Shown here: positions 1-5,765 of the stretch, in pieces | Layout: each line of letters begins with the position of its first letter | Numbering within the stretch: position 1 is the first letter of the stretch | DNA from: a virus | Taxonomy: Duplodnaviria > Heunggongvirae > Uroviricota > Caudoviricetes | Reading direction: 5' to 3' (one strand) | IMG/VR virus record: IMGVR_UViG_3300028887_000002 | Coordinates: 84,278 to 148,277 of that record | Length of the DNA stretch: 64,000 bases | Position numbers and translations under genes: made by a program | The notes under the pieces: model-generated | The model's database searches: none | Told to the model about the DNA's origin: nothing | What the model saw: the letters and a program-made list of their open reading frames with translations, nothing else

Positions 1-1
1 G

Positions 2-769
2 ATACAGCAGATGATACTGCTAGAACTCAACAAGGTTTGCGTTATACACCTGTATCTTTTAGGGTTCACAGATGACCTTACTAATTTCTCCCTTTCAATG
101 AACAACCCGTCGTCACAGGCTGAGATGCTTGAGATTGAAAACATCGCCAAGAAGGTTCAGACCGCAAAGGATGCTGTTTCCGACCCAGGTGGCGGTATAC
201 CGCTTATGTCTATGACACGCGCATGGAAGGAAGTTATGGGTTGGTCTGAAAAGGAAATTGAACAAAACTGGAACGAAATGCGACTTGAAAAGGCATTGGC
301 ACAGGAACTTGCACAGACCAGTGCAATCATTAAGCGTACTGGTGTATTCGATAGTGTTGATAACATCTATGGTGAACCTGGCGCCGAATATCCTGAAGGA
401 CAACAAGGTGGCGAAGGTGGTGAGGAAGGTGGTATGCCTGGTGGTGGCGGAGGAGGCTTCGGTGGTGGCCTTGACTTCGGTGGCGACATGGGTGGTGACC
501 TTTCTGGTGCTGAAGGTGAGATGGATATGGGTACTGCCGCAGGTGAAGATATGGGTGGTGCTCCTGATATGGGCGGTGGAATGCCCGAACCTCCTGCTGG
601 CGGTAAAGACGGTGGTAATGAACCCCCACAACCTATGATGGAATCTAACGGACAAGTTTCATTGTTTGATAAGGCGTTTTTGGTCAATGAGGAACTTAAT
701 TCGGTGGCAAACGGTCTTAGGAAATATCTCAGCGAAACAAAAGAAAATGACAATATATTCGATAAATAA
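2..769 (+). CDS. Portal vertex protein (T4 gp20-like), 5'-truncated, with Gly/Met/Glu-rich disordered C-tail
   Basis: Frame open from window edge; ELNKVCVIHLYLLGF..DDLTNFSLSMNNPS resembles the C-terminal part of jumbo-phage portals as recalled. Confidence 0.7.
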   Translation: MQQMILLELNKVCVIHLYLLGFTDDLTNFSLSMNNPSSQAEMLEIENIAKKVQTAKDAVSDPGGGIPLMSMTRAWKEVMGWSEKEIEQNWNEMRLEKALAQELAQTSAIIKRTGVFDSVDNIYGEPGAEYPEGQQGGEGGEEGGMPGGGGGGFGGGLDFGGDMGGDLSGAEGEMDMGTAAGEDMGGAPDMGGGMPEPPAGGKDGGNEPPQPMMESNGQVSLFDKAFLVNEELNSVANGLRKYLSETKENDNIFDK

Positions 770-793
770 TAATTAACATAAATTTTTTGAATT

Positions 794-1006
794 ATGAACT
801 GGAAGAAATGGGTTGCTGTTGGGATAGCAACAGCAATAGTTATTACGGGAATTGTTTTGCATCTCGTACAACCGACAATCAGTTTCGCATGGACTGAACT
901 GATGTGTACAGGTACATTCATCGGCGGTGGTATCGCTGGATATTTGTTCGGCAAGAACAATCCAGTTGTTGAACCGAAAGAAGAAAAACAGATTCTGAAC
1001 GACTAG
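794..1006 (+). CDS. Small membrane protein (2 TM)
   Basis: 70 aa, two hydrophobic stretches. Confidence 0.65.
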   Translation: MNWKKWVAVGIATAIVITGIVLHLVQPTISFAWTELMCTGTFIGGGIAGYLFGKNNPVVEPKEEKQILND

Positions 1007-1016
1007 AATTAAAGAA

Positions 1017-1090
1017 GACCACGTGCTAGAATTGGTTAATAGGTCGGTCTGCAAAACCGATTTTTAGTGGTTCAAGTCCACTCGTGGCCT
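1017..1090 (+). tRNA. trnC: tRNA-Cys(GCA)
   Basis: Anticodon arm TCGGT-CTGCAAA-ACCGA; T-arm AGTGG-TTCAAGT-CCACT; U73; A2:C71 mismatch. Confidence 0.9.
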
Positions 1091-1103
1091 CAAGTGAAAC
1101 AAG

Positions 1104-1130
1104 AAAAGCCTGACGTTTGCCAGGCTTTTT
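1104..1130. terminator. Bidirectional intrinsic terminator
   Basis: aaaagcctg-acgtttgc-caggctttt between convergent tRNA units. Confidence 0.75.
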
Positions 1131-1178
1131 GCGTTGTGAAAACACAACAGGGTTATTAACTGTTGTTTTAGAAAAAAA

Positions 1179-1239
1179 GTCTCAGGGACTATCACAAAAC
1201 CACGTTTAGCCGACACTTAATGGTGTGAGAGTTTGAGAC
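1179..1239 (-). ncRNA. Candidate hairpin small RNA
   Basis: GTCTCA/TGAGAC, TCAC/GTGA and ACCA/TGGT stems followed by a U-tract. Confidence 0.35.
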
Positions 1240-1244
1240 ATTTG

Positions 1245-1326
1245 CGGAGAGGACAGGACTCGAACCTGCAAGTCCAGAGGACGGTGGTTTTCAAGACCAC
1301 TGCATTACCAATTATGCTACCTCTCC
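1245..1326 (-). tRNA. trnS: tRNA-Ser(TGA)
   Basis: GGAGAGG/CCTCTCC acceptor, GTGGT-CTTGAAA-ACCAC, long variable arm, G73. Confidence 0.95.
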
Positions 1327-1345
1327 AGTTAGCAAAGTAATGCTT

Positions 1346-1438
1346 TGGCGGAGAGAGGGAGGCTCGAACTCCCGCGCCAGATTTCTCTGGCCTATCGGTT
1401 TAGCAAACCGACCCCTTCACCAACTTGGGTATCTCTCC
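1346..1438 (-). tRNA. trnS: tRNA-Ser(GCT)
   Basis: GGAGAGA/TCTCTCC, TCGGT-TTGCTAA-ACCGA, long variable arm, encoded CCA. Confidence 0.95.
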
Positions 1439-1453
1439 ATTAATAAATCGTTG

Positions 1454-1524
1454 TTATCCCTGGAGGAATCGAACCTCCACGACCAGAACCAAAATCTGGT
1501 GCACTACCATTATGCAAAGGGACA
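1454..1524 (-). tRNA. trnQ: tRNA-Gln(TTG)
   Basis: TGTCCCT/AGGGATA, CCAGA-TTTTGGT-TCTGG, GGAGG-TTCGATT-CCTCC. Confidence 0.93.
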
Positions 1525-1531
1525 TTTTAAG

Positions 1532-1606
1532 CACTCTGGATGGGACTCGAACCCATAAATCTCCACCGTGAAAGGGTGGTGTCCTAACCTATTAGACGAC
1601 CAGAGC
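1532..1606 (-). tRNA. trnE: tRNA-Glu(TTC)
   Basis: GCTCTGG/CCAGAGT, CCACC-CTTTCAC-GGTGG. Confidence 0.93.
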
Positions 1607-1613
1607 AAAAAAG

Positions 1614-1700
1614 TGACAGATTTCTTCAAGTTTTTTAATTTTTTGTTCTAGCCAGTGTTTTAAAACTTGGTGCGTGGCCAGCACTTTACCAGTTCTGTCA
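1614..1700 (-). ncRNA. Candidate structured small RNA with D-loop-like motif
   Basis: Closing stem TGACAGA/TCTGTCA; GAACTGGTAAA; GTGC/GCAC and CAAGTTTT/AAAACTTG helices. Confidence 0.4.
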
Positions 1701-1753
1701 AACATTCCATAAAACAGTTCACTGCCTCAACCTCTCTTTAAACATTTACAGAA

Positions 1754-1841
1754 GACTTATCGCTTTCTTGTTCTTGCTGGGCGCCAATCCAACAAGGAAA
1801 ACTTGCTCCTATGTTCCGTGGAATAGCCTCTACCACGAGTC
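1754..1841 (-). ncRNA. Candidate multibranch small RNA
   Basis: GACT/AGTC enclosing CGTGG/CCACG and CTTGTTGG/CCAGCAAG hairpins. Confidence 0.35.
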
Positions 1842-1883
1842 AAAATTTAGATTAGAAACGTCTTAGTGACCACCGACGTTTTG

Positions 1884-1957
1884 CGGTGTGTATGGGACAC
1901 GAACCCATGACCCTCGGCGTGATAGACCGATATTCTAACCTACTGAACTAACACACC
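1884..1957 (-). tRNA. trnD: tRNA-Asp with non-canonical ATC anticodon
   Basis: GGTGTGT/ACACACC, G73, TCGGT-CTATCAC-GCCGA; T-loop TTCGTGT. Confidence 0.85.
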
Positions 1958-1964
1958 ATAATAA

Positions 1965-2113
1965 AATCCTCATCAGGACTTGAACCTGAACTTCCTTCTT
2001 GCTTGCACACAGGATTACTTTTACGGTTGCCTCACCAACCTCTCTGTACTGATGTTATCTCGGAGCGAGGGTTTACCAGTTCCCCTTCAGTTTGGATTGT
2101 TGTGTGTTCGCCA
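1965..2113 (-). ncRNA. tRNA-part-mimicking RNA (D-arm-like + T-arm, no normal anticodon arm)
   Basis: TCAGG-TTCAAGT-CCTGA T-arm; GGG-GAACTGGTAAA-CCC D-like arm; CACACA/TGTGTG and GGTTG/CAACC helices. Confidence 0.5.
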
Positions 2114-2116
2114 TTG

Positions 2117-2188
2117 TAGCCTGACCAAGAATCGAACTTGAATCTGCGGTTTAGAAAACCGTCGTTCTATCCATTGAACTATCAAGCC
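2117..2188 (-). tRNA. trnR: tRNA-Arg(TCT)
   Basis: GGCTTGA/TCAGGCT, ACGGT-TTTCTAA-ACCGC. Confidence 0.92.
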
Positions 2189-2194
2189 ATATCG

Positions 2195-2770
2195 AGAGTT
2201 TCTTTTCACTCCCAAGCCACTATCTTCTATATTTAGAAGGTCGCGAGTACGGAGACGACCATTGGTGTTTCACCGAGGGCAAGCCCGCAAACCACTCGCT
2301 TGACCGCAAGCATCTCCCGTTTTTTTACGGGGCTTCCGTCGCAGTGACTTGAACGCATAATTCCGTTTTCTACGGAAATTCATAGAAAACATTCTTTTCC
2401 TGCTTCGCCGAGCCACAACTTCTTAGGCCACTCGCGTGACGGTCGTCCATTGGAGGGTTCTCCACAGGCGTAAATTCGGGCGAACTCAGCCCTACTCACA
2501 ATATTTTTAGCCCTTCGTCCCTGATATTAAGGGTGGCGTTTGTTTTCGGTGGATTCTCTTTGTTCATCTCGGCAAGTCCATCCACCAGCAGATACCTGCA
2601 AGCCTTCCTTGTTTAGAGTCGCTACGGTTAGAGGCTGTCATATCCGTCCACGACTTGATGGTGGCTGCCACTTAACGATGTAGTGCTTTCTGTCGGCTTT
2701 CACAACCACCATTACGTGTTATTATCCGACCGCCAGCCTACGTCTACCTCACGGCAGTTGTCTGGTTTAA
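2195..2770 (-). ncRNA. Large GC-rich structured non-coding region (one or more RNAs)
   Basis: No ORF in the track; many hairpins (CCCGT/ACGGG, GCTTG/CAAGC, GGTG-AAA-CACC, GGTGGAT/ATCCACC, ATGGTGG/CCACCAT); lies between co-oriented tRNAs. Confidence 0.5.
2363..2495 (-). mobile_element. Probable remnant of a TnpB (IS605/IS607-type) 3' end / omega-RNA scaffold
   Basis: Translates to VGLSSPEFTPVENPPMDDRHASGLRSCGSAKQEKNVFYEFP*, resembling TnpB C-tails as recalled; terminal hairpin GTTTTCTATG/CGTAGAAAAC then GG. Confidence 0.55.
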
Positions 2771-2775
2771 GTTCG

Positions 2776-2857
2776 TAGCGGAGGCGGGAATCGAACCCGC
2801 GAGGCACAAGGGCACGAGATTATGAGACTCGCCAGCTACCACTACTGACACTCCGCA
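2776..2857 (-). tRNA. trnM: tRNA-Met(CAT), atypical
   Basis: T1:T72 mismatch, GCGGAG/CTCCGC, loop CTCATAA, 14-nt variable region. Confidence 0.8.
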
Positions 2858-2863
2858 ATATCG

Positions 2864-2940
2864 CCGCACCGCCTCGACTCGAACGAAGACCTCATAACGC
2901 TTTTAACGTCATTGCACTACCAGTATTATGCTACAGTGCG
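2864..2940 (-). tRNA. Atypical tRNA, anticodon AAA, 6-bp anticodon stem
   Basis: CGCACTG/CGGTGCG, GCAT/GTGC D-stem, ATGACG-TTAAAAG-CGTTAT, CTTCG-TTCGAGT-CGAGG, G73. Confidence 0.7.
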
Positions 2941-2954
2941 TTTTTTTAATCAAA

Positions 2955-3050
2955 TGGTCGGTGTTGGATTCAAACCAACTCGATGAGTTCTTAGTATCAT
3001 CTTAACCGCATTACTGGCGTACCGACTGTTCAACTATTCGGCAACCGACC
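2955..3050 (-). tRNA. Degenerate class II tRNA, Tyr(GTA)-like, possibly pseudo
   Basis: GGTCGGT/ACCGACC + A73; CGC-CAGTAAT-GCG; long variable arm GATGA/TCATC; T-loop TTTGAAT. Confidence 0.5.
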
Positions 3051-3090
3051 ATTCTCCTAAGAAAGGAGTAGCATGAAAAGTAAAATTGTG

Positions 3091-3172
3091 TGGGAGGAGG
3101 AGGACTCGAACCTCCGAAGGTGTTACCCGCCTGATTTACAGTCAGGTGCAATTGCCACTATGCGACCCTCCC
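3091..3172 (-). tRNA. trnY: tRNA-Tyr(GTA)
   Basis: GGGAGGG/TCCTCCC, CCTGA-CTGTAAA-TCAGG, long variable arm, A73. Confidence 0.95.
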
Positions 3173-3183
3173 GTTAAAAAAAA

Positions 3184-3238
3184 CAGAACCCTTTGATTTA
3201 ACCCGTGCATAGTAAATTGTTTGCTGTTATAGGGTTCC
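3184..3238 (-). ncRNA. ACAGC-motif small RNA, copy 1
   Basis: GGAACCCT-ATAACAGCAAAC...AGGGTTCT-G + U-tract. Confidence 0.65.
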
Positions 3239-3247
3239 ATGAAAAAA

Positions 3248-3326
3248 CAGAAGTCTGGTGATGTTCCTTTTGTGTTTAACTTAAAAAATGCAGAAAGTTT
3301 TAAAAGTTTTGCTGTAAATGACTTCC
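3248..3326 (-). ncRNA. ACAGC-motif small RNA, copy 2
   Basis: GGAAGTC-ATTTACAGCAAAAC...GACTTCT-G + U-tract. Confidence 0.65.
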
Positions 3327-3328
3327 AT

Positions 3329-3394
3329 CATTGGGGAACCCGCTAAGAACCGTTGTAAAAATAAATGTAACGGTGAGAACATCAGCCCTCAATG
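3329..3394 (-). ncRNA. Candidate long-hairpin RNA between copies 2 and 3
   Basis: CATTGAGG/CCCCAATG, GCTGA/TTAGC and ACCGTT/AACGGT stems. Confidence 0.4.
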
Positions 3395-3402
3395 TTTTAG
3401 AA

Positions 3403-3465
3403 CAGAAGCCTAGAATTTTGGATTAACAGTCCAGTCCTTAAAAAGGTTTTGCTGTAATGGCTTCC
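3403..3465 (-). ncRNA. ACAGC-motif small RNA, copy 3, with Asn anticodon arm
   Basis: GGAAGCC-ATTACAGCAAAAC...TGGA-CTGTTAA-TCCA...GGCTTCT-G. Confidence 0.7.
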
Positions 3466-3490
3466 TTAAATATATTTTTTTTTTCAAATC

Positions 3491-3508
3491 CAATATGTCA
3501 AAGAACTT
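3491..3508 (-). promoter_or_regulatory. boxA-like antitermination signal
   Basis: AAGTTCTTTGACATATTG in the leader of the RNA operon; compare rrn boxA GCTCTTTAACA. Confidence 0.6.
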
Positions 3509-3538
3509 TGTCAACTTTTATTTTGTGGATTGACGACA

Positions 3539-3570
3539 CAAAGGTAAATATAATTATTGAGACTACCAAA
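3539..3570 (-). promoter_or_regulatory. Bacteroidota primary-sigma promoter for the tRNA/ncRNA operon
   Basis: TTTG-N20-TACCTTTG. Confidence 0.8.
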
Positions 3571-3585
3571 AAAAATTATTTTTTT

Positions 3586-4926
3586 TTACTTGATATTTTT
3601 CTCGTATTCTACGAGTAATTTATCAAGAAATTTTTGTCCGTCAAATCCAGCCTCCAAGAAGTTAAGAAGCATTGGGTTATACCCTGACATAAAGATATTG
3701 CCGTTTCTGTCCATTTCAGGACAAGTGATGTTACGGCTATTCAAGTTCCACCAAACAATCTTGGTTATATAACCCTTTTCTTTCCAAAGTTTTTCCAGTT
3801 CATCCTTCTTATATTTGGAACCTTCGTCAAATTCCATATCAGAAAGTATGACAAGAAATTCTGGGAGTTCATCCGTATCAAGCAAGAGTTCCATGACTTT
3901 TGCGAGGTCGGTATTGGAACAATCACCAGTTATCATCGAACCGATTTCCTTGCTATAATTGGAGGTTCTGTCACCTATTGGCCTATCATCTGTATGATGG
4001 CATATGTGTTTGTGTTTTTCATTTCCCAATTCTATGATATGCGGGTAAGATGAAAAAGTGACCACGTGGTTGTTAAGGTATGTACTGCACTTACCAAGAT
4101 AGTGACCGATAGATAAAGCCTTGCCAATTGAATCGTTTCGGTCGTACATACTTCCTGATGTATCAACTATAGGCATACAACTTATTGAAATCTTTTCCAT
4201 CTGGTCAAAGACAATGTCTGCATCAATCTTGCTGGCGTTCTTATAAATGTCGTATACGGTAGCCGTTGAGACATTCATCTTGGAAGTACCTTTCTTTACG
4301 CTATCAAGGTATTCGCTATATTTTGGGTTTATATCCTTGCGTGTATTAAAACACTTAGCATATTTTAACATTGCCAGTGACGGTATATGTTCAAACTCGA
4401 TGTTTTCAACCTCGTTTCTTGACAAAGTGTTCTCAATGGTATTGCATTTTATGAACTTACCATATGTCTGTTTATTCATGCCCCACTTTTTTGCAATTTG
4501 TCTTGCAATTAAGAGGTTTTTTGATGCATAGCGTGGCATCCACTTCTTAATGAGTTCGTTTCCTTTTTCAATTTCAGACTTGAGGAACGAAAGAACTTCA
4601 TCGGTTAGTCCGAATATAGCCAAAACATCGTCTGCGCGTCCTGATTTAACAATGCCCTCAATGTTGCACTGAGCAAGTTTCATAAGTCTTCTACCAAGGT
4701 CGCGTCTTCCTAAACCATAACGCGGGTCACGAATGAACCTTGCGAAGATTTTATCCTTTTCGGTTGTACCAATAAGGTCTTCGGTTACTTCACCCAAGTG
4801 ATTCTGATAATATTCAGACAAAAACAACAAGTTTATAAGGTTATTGTTGTTTGATACTTTGGTGTATGCAATGTCACCATTTTCAGTAGTCTTCACGTTA
4901 GCAAATGCTTCCATAATGTTTGTCAT
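3586..4926 (-). CDS. DUF2828-family protein (TROVE/Ro60-like helical domain + vWA)
   Basis: TENGDIAY, RDPRYGLGRR, GRADD, KWMPR, IPSLAM; vWA MIDAS DTSGSM, LSDMEFD, WWNL, SGYNP. Confidence 0.8.
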   Translation of the reverse strand: MTNIMEAFANVKTTENGDIAYTKVSNNNNLINLLFLSEYYQNHLGEVTEDLIGTTEKDKIFARFIRDPRYGLGRRDLGRRLMKLAQCNIEGIVKSGRADDVLAIFGLTDEVLSFLKSEIEKGNELIKKWMPRYASKNLLIARQIAKKWGMNKQTYGKFIKCNTIENTLSRNEVENIEFEHIPSLAMLKYAKCFNTRKDINPKYSEYLDSVKKGTSKMNVSTATVYDIYKNASKIDADIVFDQMEKISISCMPIVDTSGSMYDRNDSIGKALSIGHYLGKCSTYLNNHVVTFSSYPHIIELGNEKHKHICHHTDDRPIGDRTSNYSKEIGSMITGDCSNTDLAKVMELLLDTDELPEFLVILSDMEFDEGSKYKKDELEKLWKEKGYITKIVWWNLNSRNITCPEMDRNGNIFMSGYNPMLLNFLEAGFDGQKFLDKLLVEYEKNIK

Positions 4927-5071
4927 ATTTTTTCCCTTTCTAAAATTTTCTATAAGTGAACGATTTGATTAACAACGGTTCTGATGGTTCATAGTTATTG
5001 TACTCCTTTGTTGGATGCAAGTTGACAATGATATTCATACTTTTTCTTTCATAGTTATTTTTTATTGGGTG

Positions 5072-5102
5072 CAAAGGTAAATCATTTTTTTGTAACTGCA
5101 AA
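5072..5102 (-). promoter_or_regulatory. Bacteroidota primary-sigma promoter for the DUF2828 gene
   Basis: TTTG-N19-TACCTTTG. Confidence 0.8.
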
Positions 5103-5678
5103 ACTTTTTTTAATTTTTTTTCGAGGTTTATATGCGCCACTCTTTTTACCATTCCTCCAATCCCAAATCGTCTTATAGTTAAAGACTTGTGGAACGGTAT
5201 AGATATAATACAAACAGTCCAAAATCTTCTTCTTCATCCATTCGGTGTTAGCGAATCTTGAATTAAATCCATATTCTATCACTACCACATCATTAACTGT
5301 ATAAACTCTTGGTTGTGGTGATGTCGCCTTGTTTGACATGTCGCCCTTGAATCTTCCAATCCAAACTGAAAATCGGATGTCGGGTTTTCCATTGCCCTCG
5401 TGCTTGCGCCATGTCTCAACTTTGGAGGGGTGATTTGATAAACGTATCTTTATTGTGAAGGTCTTGTCACTTGAAACAACAACATCATAGAAACTGTTAC
5501 CTTCTCCACCCATTTCCAGTGAATCTGCTAAAAATAACAGTAGGCTGTCATCCGTTCCGTTCTCGTTGTGTTCCTGATTTCTGTAGTGCTTGATGAATTT
5601 TAGGGCATTCCATCTTTTCTTGGCAAACCATTCAACCGTTGCCTTGTCCAATCTGTCAAAATATCGTCTATTTGCCAT
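5082..5678 (-). CDS. Hypothetical protein (IRLSNH motif)
   Basis: ORF; ATG at 5678 preferred because ACTATTTATA lies just upstream (about 5702-5711). Confidence 0.7.
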   Translation of the reverse strand: MANRRYFDRLDKATVEWFAKKRWNALKFIKHYRNQEHNENGTDDSLLLFLADSLEMGGEGNSFYDVVVSSDKTFTIKIRLSNHPSKVETWRKHEGNGKPDIRFSVWIGRFKGDMSNKATSPQPRVYTVNDVVVIEYGFNSRFANTEWMKKKILDCLYYIYTVPQVFNYKTIWDWRNGKKSGAYKPRKKIKKSFAVTKK

Positions 5679-5732
5679 AGGCTGAAAAATATTTCTACTA
5701 TTATAAATAGTTTTTCGGACGCCTATTGGAAT

Positions 5733-5765
5733 AAAAAAGGGCTGGGATTTTTGCAACTCCCAACC
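5733..5765 (-). terminator. Intrinsic terminator
   Basis: GGTTGGGA/TCCCAGCC hairpin + U-tract. Confidence 0.6.

Noticed and set aside
113-960. Antisense and alternative-frame ORFs over the portal tail (likewise 62291-62920 and those within sheath and tape measure genes)
   Set aside because: Shadows of low-complexity or codon-biased real genes
1340-1558. 72-aa ORF
   Set aside because: Antisense to three tRNA genes
2195-2770. Group I/II intron, RNase P RNA or tmRNA
   Set aside because: No convincing P7 S-element, domain V, GAGGAAAGTCC or tag ORF found by eye
3329-3394. Hammerhead ribozyme
   Set aside because: Has CTGATG but lacks the following A and the GAAA core
3184-3465. CRISPR array
   Set aside because: Units are not identical repeats with constant-length spacers; they are covarying stems, and no cas genes are in the window
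4940-5152. 70-aa ORF upstream of DUF2828
   Set aside because: It spans the promoter; at most a 32-aa ORF (4940-5038) in a leader containing an imperfect duplication, with no further support
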